Shown here: positions 23,560-36,263 of the stretch, one piece after another
Layout of the letters: the number at the start of each line of letters is the position of its first letter
Numbering within the stretch: the stretch's first letter is position 1
Assembly: GCA_013265495.1 (NCBI GenBank)
Contig: MU058198.1
Coordinates: 2,678,419-2,742,418, forward strand
Length of the DNA: 64,000 nucleotides
Reading direction: 5' to 3'
From: Vicugna vicugna
Taxonomy: Eukaryota
Program-made: the position numbers and the translations under genes
Notes under the pieces: model-generated
Database searches by the model: none
What the model saw: only the letters and a program-made list of their open reading frames with translations
Told to the model about the DNA's origin: nothing

Positions 23560-24180
23560 TAGCTCTCCAACAGCTACTCAGGCTTCTTACTGACTTCTTG
23601 TCCTCTTTCCATGCCTTAAATGTCAGCATTCTGCAGTTCCGTCTTGGCCCCCCTTGCAGGCTACACATACTACCTAGGTGATCTCATTTATTCCTGTATC
23701 TCCAAATATCCTCTCTCCACGAATGATTTCTCTAGTAATGTTTTAGACTCTACATTTTACTTGAAGCTTCTGATCTGTATTTCCTACCACTTGGGCATTC
23801 TGGAAGTATTTCAAAATCATGTTGACTAAACTCAATGTCATGTTTCCCAAAAACTGCTATCACCCTTTGGTGCATAGCCTAGCAGTGTAACCATCTACCC
23901 ACTACGGACTTTTGTTACCAGATTCTGTTGATTTCTCCAAAATATAACTAATAATTATTCCTCTGGAAAGACTCCTGTTCCAACTCAGTTTCTCATTACT
24001 TGTTGACTAGTAAGTTCCCTCTGACTTCAGTATCTCCATTACTACCCATCTCCACAAAAATTGGCCCATTTATGTTACCTTGCAACTTTAGTTTTCCCCA
24101 CTGTATATTAACAAACACTAGATTTTGGTGGGCTAGCAGACCACGATCTTCTCATATTCCCCAAACTCACTTTTCTACGT
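23560..24180 (+). mobile_element. Degenerate L2 fragments
   Basis: 'ccttaaatgtcagcattctgcagttccgtcttggcccc...cctaggtgatctcatttattcc'. Confidence 0.5.
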
Positions 24181-24419
24181 TATAAAAACTATTATTTAAA
24201 GAAATACTTGATAATTATTAGAATAGAAAAAAAACTCTTGATTTTTGTACATTTATCTTATAACCACACAGCATGCAAATTCCTCTTTAATTGGTTGATA
24301 TAATGGATTACAGTATGTAGGTATTGTGATGTTAAGCCGTTCTTGTGTTCCTAATGTATGTGTATTATTCTTACGATAAACCAATGGATTTAATTTTCTA
24401 GTAATTCATTTAAAGTTGT

Positions 24420-24925
24420 GATATATATATATATTTATACACACACACACACACACATACAATGAAATGCTACTCAGCCATAAAAAAAAGAATAAAATAA
24501 TGCCATTTTCAGCAATATGGATGGACTTCGAGATCATCATTCAAAGTGAAGTAAGCCAGAAAGAGACAGAAAAATACCATATGATATCACTTATATGTGG
24601 AATCTTAAAAAAATGAGACAAATGAACTTATTTACAAAACAGAAATAGACTCATAGACATAGAAAACAAACTTGTGGTTACGGAGTGGGAGAAGATGGTG
24701 GAAAGGGATAAGCTGGGAGTTTGGGATTTGCAGATATTAACTATTATAGATAAACAGCAAGGTCCTACTGTATAACACAGGGAACTGTATCCAATACCTT
24801 GTAATAGCTTATAATGAAAAAGAATATGAAAAGGAATATATGTGTATAACTGAATCACTATGCTATACACCAGAAATTAACACATTGCAAACTGACTATA
24901 CTTCAACTTGAAAAATTTAAAAATA
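24420..24925 (+). mobile_element. 5'-truncated L1 3' UTR preceded by (TA)n(CA)n, inserted in an older antisense L1M remnant
   Basis: 'aatgaaatgctactcagccataaaaaaaagaataaaataatgccatt...ccagaaattaacacattgcaaactgactatacttcaa'; approximate TSD aaagttgtgatatat / aaaattgtagatctat. Confidence 0.85.
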
Positions 24926-25124
24926 AAATTGTAGATCTATTTTTTTAGTGAGTTTGTGCATTGCTTTTATGTTTTATGTTTCCTTTATTAGACTTAAATG
25001 TTAAAGTGATTCTAATTTCCTGAAAGTAATGATATCAAACACACCTAGGGGCCTGCTATGTACCAGCCATTGTTCTAAGCACTCTATACGTACACATTTA
25101 CTTAAGCTTCACAACAGCTTCTCA

Positions 25125-25576
25125 AGACTGCCTACTTTCCTTGGCTCATGACCCTCTTCCTTTGTCTTCAAAGCCAGCAATGTGAGTCTTCCATGGCACC
25201 ATCCAGCTGCTTCCCTGGTCAAATCTCCTTCTGCCTCTTTAAAAGGATGCTTGCAATTATGTTGGGTCCATCTGGATAATCAGGATGATCTTTTTATTTT
25301 AATTTTTAATCTTTTAAAAAAATATTCTTTATTTTTTTTTTGAGGGGGGAAGGTAATTAGGTTTATTTATTTTTTAACAGAGATGCTGGGGATACGCACT
25401 CTACCACTGAACTATACCCTTCTCCCGATCTTTTTATTTTAAATTCAGCTGATTAGCAGCCTTAATTTCACCTGCAACCTTAATTCCCCTTTGCCGTGTA
25501 ACACAGCATATTCATAGGTTCTGGGGATGAGGATGTGGGCATCTTTGTAAGGGGGGTCATTATTCTGCCCACCACA
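25125..25576 (-). mobile_element. MLT1C/D-like LTR containing a SINE insertion
   Basis: 'ttccttggctcatgaccctcttcc...tcttcaaagccagcaa', 'catattcataggttctggggatgaggatgtggg...attattctgcccaccaca'. Confidence 0.8.
25303..25426 (-). mobile_element. Vic-1-type SINE with internal deletion
   Basis: 'ggtaattaggtttatttat...gctgggga|tacgcactctaccactgaactataccc'; perfect 16-bp TSD gatctttttattttaa (25287-25302 / 25427-25442). Confidence 0.85.
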
Positions 25577-25849
25577 ATCCCCCAGCCTGTGTGCTCTTTC
25601 TAATTATCCTTGGTATTCAGATACTCTGAAAATTCACTTTACAGTTTATGCTGCTTCTGGTTCAGTGAGCCCTTTTGATCTGAAGACTCAGGGCTGGATT
25701 CAGTCTGGGAAATTTTCTTCTATAATGTTGATTATTGGCGTCATTCATTTCTCTCCGTTCTTCCCTCTGGGGCTCCCACTGGGTAGATTTTGTAACTTCC
25801 GGGTGTGTCCTCCACTTCAGGCAAGTTTTCTTTTTGTTTGGTGATTCTT

Positions 25850-26080
25850 AGTTAATTAAGAGCAGGGATCTGGAGCCAGACTATCCGGATTCAGAATCCC
25901 AGCTCTTTTACTCACCAGGTGTGTGTTCTTAGGCAAAATACTTAACCTCGTGGTGCCTCAGTTTTCTCAACTGAGTGAAATGGGGTAATAATGAGCACTT
26001 GGCTGTAGGTGATTGTGAAGATAACTTTTGGGCTGGTTTAGGTTCTGGAAAACGTTCACTATTAACTATTATGTTGTTTG
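25850..26080 (+). mobile_element. MIR SINE
   Basis: 'tctggagccagactatccggattcagaatcccagctc...gtgcctcagttttctca'. Confidence 0.8.
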
Positions 26081-26949
26081 TATCCGCATTATCTTTGTAT
26101 TTCTGATCCTTCTCCTTTCTGGAGATGAGCGTACTGATTATAGTAGCTTGACTCTGAAGATGGTAGCGATGGGGCAGACGTGTGGCCAAGGGGACCTGGC
26201 TGGTAGCTGGTGTGGATGTTCCCTGTTCTTTCTGGGTGGGGAGTCTACTGGCTCCTGGGCTTCTGTCCTGCATCTGCAGCCCAGAAATAGGGCTTCCTCT
26301 ATTGGGAGTCATGCTGTCCCACTGAATCGCCATCATTTTCTGGATCCCCAAACTATACGATCTTAGTCTGTTCTCCAGCCCCCATGCAGTTATTTCTTTA
26401 AACAACTATCCCACAAATCACATAACCTATTCTGAATACCATCTAACTGTAAATAAGAGTCCCCCAGCCATAGCCTCCTGCTTGAAATGAATATCAATCT
26501 CTCGAGCTTAGGTTCAGTAAAAAGTGAAAATAAAAAACCCCCCATAGCTCCAGATTCACATTAGCCCTGCCTGTGGTTTTAATAACCATTGTTCAAGCAC
26601 CCAAAATCAAAGTATAGACCCTCCCCAGTGCAAAGAGACCAGGCTCTGTCGTTTCAAAATCCAATTTCTCCCCGGTGGGGTTTTTCTTCACCAAATCTTA
26701 CGATGACTGACTTTTTCTCTTTTAAATATTTCTGACTTGGAAAATTGGTAGGCAGAGCACCTGCTGGCCGCCAGAACACATGGAACCAGTTCTCCATTAT
26801 TTCGATTGTTTATTCATTCATTTAAAACAGTAACAACGCCAAGCGTTATGGAGTGGCCACTGTGTGCCATGTGCTGGGGTTACAGAGGAGGCCGAGCCCA
26901 GGGCTCCTGTTACTCCCGTAATTGTGTATGTGATTGTGTGTTTCCCCTC

Positions 26950-27335
26950 CAGCCTTCTCTCTCCCACCCCTTCCCTCTGGGGCTGCCCTGGCCTCTTCTG
27001 AGTTCCTCCAAGTACCCAGGTCTTTTCTCCCAAGGTCTTGGCATGGAGAGGTTCCTTTGCTTGGAAAGCCCTCTCCTTTCTCCTGCCCCATCCAGGCCTC
27101 TTTCTCAGTCATGCTTTCCTGGGTCTCCAGGACTGCTGCACTTCACTCCCTTGGCACCCTGAACTTCTGCCCAGCGTGTAACTCCAATGTAATTAAATAA
27201 TGTAGGTAACTGTGGCTTACTGTCTGTTCCCTCCTATGTGGGCAGCGGCCATTCTGTCTTTCTTGCCGCCATGCCCCTTGTGCTTAGCACAGAGTATGCT
27301 ATCGGTGCTCAATAAATACTTGGCAGAGAAGGAAT
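26950..27335 (+). mobile_element. L2 3' end
   Basis: Terminal 'tgcttagcacagagtatgctatcggtgctcaataaatacttg'. Confidence 0.65.
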
Positions 27336-27384
27336 AAGCTCATGTTCTCTGTCCTTGGGGTGGTCACAATCCTGCAGGCTTGCT

Positions 27385-27580
27385 AATCACCAGCTGAGTG
27401 GCCCTGGATGCATCACCTGCCTCTCTGTGCCTCAGTTTCCCTTCTGTGAAATGAGGATGGTGACGGTACCAGTCATAGAACTGTTGTGTGATTTAATGAA
27501 ATAATATGTGTAAAGCTCTTAGAAAGAGTCTCATGCATAATGAGTGCAATGCGCAGTAAATCTTAGCGATGGTGATGGCT
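27385..27580 (+). mobile_element. MIR SINE
   Basis: 'ctctctgtgcctcagtttcccttctgtgaaatgaggatg'. Confidence 0.8.
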
Positions 27581-27595
27581 CTGAAAGCCCAACTT

Positions 27596-28145
27596 TCTTT
27601 TTTTAATTGAGGTATAGCTGATTTACAATGTTGTATAAGTTTCAGGTGGATAGCATGCTGATTCAGTATTTTTGCAGATTAACACTCCATTAAAAGCTAT
27701 TACAAGATAGTGGCTATAATTTCCTCTGCTGTACAACATACCCTTGTTGCTTAACTATTTTATACATTGTGGTTTGTATCCCTTAATCCCCTAACCCCTA
27801 ATCTACCCCTCCCCATTCTCTTCTTCCCTTTGGTAACTACTAGTTTGTTTTCCATATCTGTGAGTCTGTTTCTGTTTTGCATAAACATTCATTTGTATTA
27901 TATTTTTACATTCCGCATATAAGGGATATCATGCAGTATTTGTCTTTCTCTGACTTATTTTACTAAGCATCATATTCTCAAGGTCCATCCATGTTGCTGC
28001 AAATAGTAGAATTTCATTCTTTTTTATGGCTGAGTAATATTCTATGGTGTGTAGACACCAAATCTTCCTGATTCATTCCTCTGTTGCTAGGTATTTGGGT
28101 TGCTTCGATATCTTGGCTCCTGGAAATAGCGTTGCTATGCACTTT
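27596..28145 (-). mobile_element. 5'-truncated L1 3' UTR (artiodactyl-type)
   Basis: 'ttttaattgaggtatagctgatttacaatgttg...ggtccatccatgttgctgcaaat...tttttatggctgagtaatattc'. Confidence 0.88.
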
Positions 28146-28459
28146 GGTCACATCCCCGATCTTCCCTGCTGTCAAGTGGGATATAACATTAACCCCCAAA
28201 GCAGGCTGAGGACTGGGGGCCAGGTTGAGAACATGTTGTCTTTGGGGACAGTTGTTTGTCCTCAGCGCACAGGGATTTGACATCCTGAGGACAGTCTGAG
28301 TCTAGCCAAGCCAAAGGAAGAAGGCTTGGGGGGCAGGATCAGCACTGGGATAATGTCTGTAAGAGTTTCAAGCATCTTAGAGATGGGCATGCTATTCCTA
28401 AAGTGTCATATTATCACTCTGAATTTGGGCATGGATAAATGAATCAGATAGTTCTTACT

Positions 28460-28830
28460 TTCATTTATTTGTTCTCCAAAAAACGAATGAGTGCCTGTGA
28501 TGTGGCTTGCACAGTGAAAGGTGCTGGAAACACAGCAGCAAACGGAAGTCCACCTGGAGCTCACATTCTGGCTGGGGTCAACAAATATCTTAATGATCAA
28601 GTAAACACACACAGGAATTTAACGGGAAATGAGTTAGCGATGGGGCACGTGCACTCAAGGGAGTGGTCAGGGAGGTCTCTTTGACAAGGTAGCATTTTCA
28701 GGGTGAGGGGAGGTGGGCATGGAATTAGGGAAAAAGAATTCCAGGCAGAGGGAACAGCAGGTGCAAAAGCCTCAAGCTGGGATGGTTGGGAGCCAATCAA
28801 ATGAGACAAGAGTGAGTAAGAACCAGAGCC
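28460..28830 (-). mobile_element. L2 3' end
   Basis: 'ggtgctggaaacacagcag...ggagctcacattct', 'attccaggcagagggaacagcaggtgcaaaagcc'. Confidence 0.8.
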
Positions 28831-29599
28831 TGCAGAGCTTGCTCTGCCTCCAGGTGCGGGGATGCTGTTGGAATGCTCTCAGCCTGGGAGGGACAGCCTG
28901 GGTTGAGACTTCATTTACATTTCAAGAGCGCTCAGAAACCTTTGGAAGCAATTTTCTCTGCTGACTTAGGAGAATTAATTAGTTAATATCTGCATGACAC
29001 TCAAAAATCTTGGAGGAACAGGAACGTATTATTATTATTTCCCCGTCGAGGCTTTCTAAATGGAAGTCTGAGTACCTGGGATTCCTGCCCAACGGAATGA
29101 GATGAGGAATGGCCTGCAGTCCCCATGCTAAAGAAACGTTTCTTTTTCCTGCCCTGCTGGGAAATCTGACTTCCATTTTTATAAGGCCAAAGAGGGACTT
29201 GGAAACAGGGCCAGTCCTGACTCTGTAATTAATTTCAGAGAAAGTCTTTTACCTTCACTGCCTATAAAGAGATTAAAAAATAACTTTTGTTTAGGTAATA
29301 TCTTTCTCTAGAGAGCTCCGTCAACCTAACAGCAAGAGTTTGATCTTCACTTGCTGTGAAGTAGGCAGGAAACCCACTCCTTTCTTATTTTTATTTTTTA
29401 AACATGCAAGAAATTACACCAAAGTTTGCCCAGCAACCTTGGGGGAATCCAGCTGTCAGGAGCTGCCCCCTTCACTCTATCCCACATCCTTAACCTTGAC
29501 TCTGATTTTTTGCTTGTGACAAGCTGGATTTTTGCTGAGGATTTTCTTCCAGTTAATCTCTGGCTCTGCTTTTTTCCTAATAACACCCAGACACTTTAC

Positions 29600-29790
29600 A
29601 TGCATCATCTAATTGAAAATGTACAGAGATAAGTTCTGTTGATATCATGAATGTCACAGATGAGGAAACTGAGGCTCACGGGAGCCAACTAACTTCCCGA
29701 GATCACACTGCTTCTTGGAGGAAGGGCTGGGATTTGGACCCAGGCAATCTGACAGCACAGTGCACATGCCAAAACATTACCATCTCCTGC
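29600..29790 (-). mobile_element. MIR SINE
   Basis: 'cacagatgaggaaactgaggctc...gggatttggacccaggcaatctgac'. Confidence 0.75.
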
Positions 29791-30894
29791 CTCCTTTGAA
29801 TTAAAACCCTAAGAATAACTTGGATGTCTTTGCAGATTCTTTGTGCAGAGCCACATTCAGGACACTGAAGGCATACTTCTTTCTTAATTTTTTTGGGTGG
29901 CGATACTGTTTTTCCGTTTTGTGTGTGTGAAGCAGTGGGGGCGGGAGGTGGGTGGGTGCAAAGTGGAGAGAAATGCCTTTTATGGATTGTCTGCTAAACC
30001 TTGTGAAGCCGTAGCTGTGTCTCAGCGCCAGACAACTGCGCCTGCTGACTTCATGGCTCCGAAGGATGACAAGGCTGAAAAAATCAACTGTCACTGCAGA
30101 ACCTGGAACAGATTGAAATAGAGCGCTTGAGTCATCTGTTAAAGATGCCACTCTGGGCCCCTGTCATGCAATGCCCAGTTAAAGCCAAGAACACATTAAA
30201 AAAAAAAAACCTGCTTTCATTGTGATGCCTAAGGGCCCCTATCCTGTGTGAGGGGACAGTGGGATGGATGCAGCTGCTTGTCAAACACCCTGCTATTGAT
30301 GGCCTCTTGTCACAGAAGGGTGCAGCTAAGTTACAGGTAAGGCGTGCAGTTCAGCGATGAGTTAACAGCGAGGTTTCCAGCAGAGCTGGCAAGGGTGAGA
30401 AGGCACATCCTGTCTTGCCTGCAAGGCTCCCATCCACTCTGCTTTGATGACCCTTTAAGCCATGGGCTGCCACATAGCCAGGTGTCCCCATGTGCATTCC
30501 CTGGGCGTGTAACCTGCACCCACAGCCCCGCTCACCCTCAGCGTCCTGCCAGACGATCTCCAACCCAAACTTCACACCAGCCCTTGTCTGAAACTCATCC
30601 TCATCTGCAACATTATGGAAATTACATGGAGCATTGGTTTCAGGATGGGAGGAACCCTAAATAGAAAGTCCCCTTCATTCCAGACGTGTGTAAGACAAAC
30701 CCCCGTCCACTGAGAAATGCCTGACTTCAACCAGTCAGGATGTCAGAGGAAGCCGCGATGGCTCAGGCATAGGTTGGGCTTCTTAAGCAGTATTGCCTAA
30801 GGTGTGAGATGAGCATCTTGTTTGGCCAGGTGCAGGGGGGCCTTTTGAAAAGCAGAGGTGGGTTTACAGCTCTGCGGCAGGGAGGGCGGAGGGT

Positions 30895-31115
30895 GAGTAT
30901 ACTGAAACTGATGACGGAGCAGACCACCTGGCTTTGAATCCTGGCTGCCCTAATTACCCGCTGTGTGACCTTGGACAAGTTATTGAGTCCCTCTGTGCCT
31001 TGGCTTTACCAACCTGAAAATGGAGACTAATAATAGTATCTAATTTTGGCATTGTCGTGAAGATGTTAGAAGTGCAAGTGTCTGGCACTGTGTTAGTGCT
31101 CAATGAATTTTAGCT
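30895..31115 (+). mobile_element. MIR SINE
   Basis: 'ctgtgtgaccttggacaagttattgagtccctctgtgcct'. Confidence 0.75.
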
Positions 31116-31330
31116 AAAAAAGAAAAACGATTTAAAGGGATCCAGGATCCCATTTTCACCCTGGGAGGAGGGAGAGAAATGGGACTAACAGAGGATGCTG
31201 GATGGTGGTGCAGCAGGAAATCCAGTGAGGTCCCGGAGCCTGGGGCACAGTCACCGTCTTGCAGGAAGTATCATGACTGCCCCATGGGTAATATGGATCA
31301 GACGGAAATCTACTGGGCAAGTAATATGTA

Positions 31331-32065
31331 TGTAAGAAGTATTTAGTTTATACAAACGTTGTATGAGTAATATATTTGGTCTTTGTCCCCAGGTCTTGGC
31401 ACAGAGCTCCTAAAACCCTTGGTATCTCCTGAGTGATGAGTGTCTTTCGTTATTCAGAAGGATCCCCTTTAGATTACCCCTGAGTTTTTGCTCGTGAGGT
31501 GACACAGGGTGCATCTGATTACCAACGAGACCAAGTGATCAGAAGGTTGGAACTTTCAGTTCCATCCACTGACCTCCTAGAAGAGGAGTGTGTGTGTGTG
31601 CATGCGCAGGAGAGGCCAGAGATTAAGGTCTATACAGATTCTTGAACAACAAGATTTGATGAGATATCAGTTTGGTTGGTAGGTGCATCCACGTGCTGGA
31701 AGGGTGGGGGACTCCGACTCCATGGGGACAGGGACTTCTGTGCTCAGGGCCCTTCTGGACCTTGCCCTACGTACCGCTTCATTTGGCTAGTTATTTGTGT
31801 CCTTTATGATATCGTTTGTAATAAACTGGAAATCGTAAGTAAAGTGTTTCCCTGGACTCTATGAAACATTGTAACAAATCACTAAATCAAAGGAGGGAGG
31901 CATGGGAACCCCTGATGTGTAGCCAAGTCGAACAAAGGTTTGGGTAACCTGGGGACCCACTACTTGACACTTGCATCTCAAGCTGGGGGCAGTCTTGTGT
32001 GACTAGGACCTTGACCTGTAGGGTCCGCATTCACTCTGAGCAATTGGTGTCAGAATCAAATTCCA
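31331..32065 (+). mobile_element. MER21-like (MER21B/C) solo LTR
   Basis: 'atatttggtctttgtcccc...ggcacagagctcctaaaacccttgg', 'aataaactggaaatcgtaagtaaagtgtttccctg', 'ggtaacctggggacccactacttg'. Confidence 0.8.
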
Positions 32066-35036
32066 GAGCAGGAGAAGTTCATTGTCCGCCCAGATTTCGT
32101 GGAGAAGTGGCTCATCCAGCCCAAATCTGTGAACGTTGCTTCTCTGTGGCCAAAGAGTTGACCAGGACACTTAACCTACAGAGTAGGGAGTGGTGTCTGG
32201 AAGCTGCAACCTGGAGGCACCCTTTGCAAACTGAAGGCTAAAGCAGGCCATGGCGTTGGAGGGTAGCCTTAATGGTATCAGGTTTTGAACCCAACAGTGT
32301 AGTCATTTGGGGGGAAATAAATAGAAAACACTGTATCTATACATATACATACATACATAGACACGTATATAAATGTGTTATTAGATATTTTGATGGATGC
32401 ATTTTTTTTAAAAGAGATTTTATTTCATTTTTTAAAATCAAGTATGTTTAGTATTTTGTTGACACTTTCTGGGATCCTTTTGGAGGGAGGTAATGCCTCC
32501 TTACAATACTGTGAATAGTCTTGGTCCTTCATCAGACCTCTAAGCAAATGCACGGACAAGAAACAAACACTGTTGTCAATAGCAGGGAAGCCTGAATGAA
32601 AAAACAGAAGTGGCACCCGTCTTCAACAGCAAAGTTGAGGATGAAGAAAAGTTGGACAATGCAACAAAGAGAAATTAAATTGGACCTCGGTTATGAGCAC
32701 AGCAGGTAATACTGAGAGCCAGGCGCCATATACGTCTTTAACAAAGGAGCCCTGTAAGGCTCCTAGCAACCGAATGACATGGGTATAATGTCGTCCCCAC
32801 TGTATCAATGAGGAAACCAAGGCACCACTGGTGATGGGTGGTGAAGCCCAAACTGAAATCAGCCTGAAGACTGAGAATGCCATCATCACCGTTACTGTTT
32901 CCTTTACAGAAACGAACATCAGAACTGCCCGCGTAAATCACTCGCACTTGGTTGATTCCAGTGATTTCCCCCAACTTGGGGTGAAATGTATATAGTTCGC
33001 ACTGCTTAGCGGGGGCTATATAATTCTAAATAAATCTTTTTGTGGTCTTCAGAAAGTCTTGAGCTGTAAAGCCCCTCTCAGATGTAGTAATTGGAGGAAA
33101 CCTCGGCAGGGTGGAAGCTGTCCTGGCACCGCGGTGACAACCCTGTTGCCCAGGCCATGCACCTGGACAGCCTGCTTCATAGATCCACTGAGATGGCTCA
33201 GGCGCTTCAGATTAATGTGGCCAAAGCCGGACTGTTACTTTTTCTAAGTCTGTTTTCAGTTGGTGGCATCACCGTCCCTCTAGTCACTCAGACTATGAAC
33301 CTGGGAGTCCCCATTTCTTCCCTCTCTTTTAGTCCCACCCTCATGTCCAACTGGCCCTCAGGTCATCAGGTGCTGTTTTGTAAAGAGTCCCCATACGCGG
33401 TCTGGGCTCCACCCCTCTGCCACCACCCTGGTCCAGGCCGGTTCTGTGACTACTGCAGCAGCCGCTTTCCGACTGGAAATCCCACTTGGTTTTTGTCACC
33501 TTGCTTTTGTTTCTTTCCTTTTCCTTTTTAGTTTTATTTTTTCCTCTACAAACTGTGTTGATTTCTGTCATCTTTTGTGAAAGCTTGGAAGGCAGGCACC
33601 GTGATTGAAAATCGATTAGTAGCCACCTTGAAGATTTCAAAAGAAATTCTTAAATCTATATGAGACGATCAAAATCCATGACAGAAATGTGATTTTGGGG
33701 GAGGTCCTCCTTTTGCGGAAGATGAGAAATTTCATTTGGGGATTTTTCCCTGTAAATTTAATCCCATCACTTTCTTAGTTATATAAAAAAAATCCTTTGG
33801 GATACAATCGACCTTGCATCCATGGTAAAACAGTATATGAGAGTTTTTACCTCTTTTCTATTTAACTGGCTTCAGTAGACAAGCACGTGTTTGCCAGCCG
33901 CTGTTTCCTCATTCATGAGTGTTTACCTCTGAATGCTATTTCGTTTTTCTGGCAAGGGGCTTCAGGTATTTTATTCAGGTTGGGTCTTTGCATGTTTGAG
34001 AGAAACTTTCTGGTGATTTCTCCCCAAATGTCAACTGGGCTGGATGCTGGTGCCTTGAAAATGATATTCCATTGTTTGCTACCATTTAGTGTTGGAAAGT
34101 GCAAGTCTGAAGCCCACATGTTATTTCTTATATATACAACTACAGGAATTAAAAAAAAAAGTTTGCCCAATATTTCTATGCTTAAATCTTATTTGCCTAA
34201 GGGAAAAAAAAAAAAAGCCAGCCCTTATTTTTAAATTCTCTTTATTTAGATCCAGATCTTTTTTCTGTTATTTGATGGTGTGTCTGCACCTTTGGAAATG
34301 CCCACCATTTGTTCGTGTTTCCTCTCATGATTTTTATCATGTTACCATTTCCTCTGAGTGTAGTGGGGGAGGGGAGTGACTTTTCTCAAGTTCATCTTCC
34401 ACTTTGCCAGTTCTCTGAGCTCCGTGTGGCCTTATCTCCTCCGAGCCGCCTCCAAAGTGGCTTCTAATTTAATTACTGTGTTTCTCATCTTTAGAAATCC
34501 TTCCTAATCCAAAATTAATTTCTTATTGTGACTGCTTGTTCCTGTTTTATAGATTAAAAAGACTTCTCGGGTCTTGTTGAGGTCACAGATCAGATATTTG
34601 AAAAACGTTTTCCTCCCTCCTCTCATCTACCTCCTTTTCCTGTTCCTTCTCTTTCTTTTTCGTTCTGCTGTGAATGAATTTCCCCTGACTCTGTAGAGAA
34701 GCTCCCTTCCTTTGAGCTGCAAATTGGTATATACCTCGTGCTGCTTCTCATATTTGCTTAAATTCTTATAAAGAGGGACATACAGGTCCACATTTTAAAA
34801 GAAAAAGGAGAGACAGCCAACGGATCATCTGTCATGGCCAAGTTTAGGAATCCAGAAGCTTGTGTGTGTGTTGGGGGAAGGGGAGGAATAAAGGAAGAAG
34901 GGGAGACTCTGGTAGCCCCACCCTCCAGGGGGCTTCCTCAGAGACACTAGAAACAAAACCCAGGGACTCGTGGGTGCACCTAGGAGCCAGATGGACAATG
35001 TGTAAGGGAAGGCAGAAGTTATTTCCACCAATGTAA

Positions 35037-35519
35037 TTTCACTGAAGGCAAGCTCGTGTGCCTGCCACACCATGAGGCCAAACAAAGTGAAACATCAAAG
35101 TCTGGAGCAGAGAAAGGTTTGCTGCAGGGCCAAGCAAGGACAGGGTGGCTTATGTCCAAGAAAACCCTGAACTCCTGGAAGGGTTTCATCAAAGCATATT
35201 TAAAGGCCAGATAAGGGAAGGGGGTCGCAGGGTACGTGATCAGCTTGGTATAATTCTCCAATTAGTTGATGTCAAGGTAAGGGCGGTCAACACTGTCAAC
35301 CCCAAGGCGCCAGAAGGCCTGGGGCTATACGTTTTCAATCATCAAGTGTTTAATTTCTTCCCTTCGGTGGTGGTTTTAAACATCGGAAAAACTCAGGAAA
35401 TATACATGAGAAATATACATGAGATACTACTGTCTGGGTCCTTCAGAGAGGAGCTACAGCGGAGAATATGGGAAAGGGCTCTGACCCTGGAAGGTTCCAC
35501 AAGGTCCTGCTCAGTTACA
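35037..35519 (-). mobile_element. ERV1-class solo LTR (MER34/LTR39-like)
   Basis: 4-bp TSD GTAA (35033-35036 / 35520-35523); 'tggagcagagaaaggttt...cagggccaagcaagg' and terminal 'aggtcctgctcagttaca'; internal 13-bp tandem duplication gaaatatacatga. Confidence 0.82.
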
Positions 35520-35694
35520 GTAAGATCTCACCAAACCTCTATCTGCAAGTAGGTTTTTACTCTATCAATACCTGTTGAGAGTTGGTTTGGCTAGGAAGTT
35601 TTGAGTTTGAGCTTTTAAATCCATCCTCCCATCCTTAGAACCTAGGCGGGCTAGTTCAGAGCTTAGTATTCCCTTGAATTATACTCTGAAAATA

Positions 35695-36242
35695 GATTCA
35701 CTTACACTATTCTGGGTGCTGAGTTGCAATGGTGAGGAAACAGCCTTTGCTCTCATGGGCTTTGTAACCACAGGGCAGCAGGCAGAGGTTACCCCAATCA
35801 TTCTATTAGTAAATGCAAGGGAAGGGTAATCGCAAACTGAGAGTGCGTCACTGGGAATGGGGCGAATGGGGAGGGAGGTCAGGGGATGCTTCCTGGAGGA
35901 AGTGGCATTTGAGCCTTGATTCGAAGGATGAATGGGGATTAAGCAAGCCACAGCGGGCAGGGTGGGAAGAGCAAGCCAGGCAGAGGGAACATGTGCAAAG
36001 CTCTGCGTGGGCGGAAGCCTGAACTATTTGAGGAATCTGAATTAAAAACTGTTTCTGTGGTTGGAGTGTGTGCGGGAGAGATGGGGGCTGGGGAGTGGTA
36101 CCAGATGAGGTCAGAAGAGTTGGCTGTGTCATAGTTCAGGGCAAAGGGAGCCCCGGGAGAGTTTCTTTGGAGGCTTGAGCTGGAATGGGTGATGGCACAG
36201 TCAGCTTTGCCTTTTGGACAAGTAATTCTGGAAGCAGAGGAT
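35695..36242 (-). mobile_element. L2 fragment truncated by the assembly gap
   Basis: 'gcttcctggaggaagtggcatttgagc', 'ccaggcagagggaacatgtgcaaag'. Confidence 0.75.
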
Positions 36243-36263
36243 NNNNNNNNNNNNNNNNNNNNN
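36243..36263. other. Assembly gap (21 N)
   Basis: Run of n in the sequence. Confidence 1.

Noticed and set aside
32520..32690. Coding-looking stretch (EVAPVFNSKVEDEEKLDNATKRN)
   Set aside because: Short, stop-bounded and without convincing splice sites; it may be a very old CR1-like remnant, but the signal is too weak to call.
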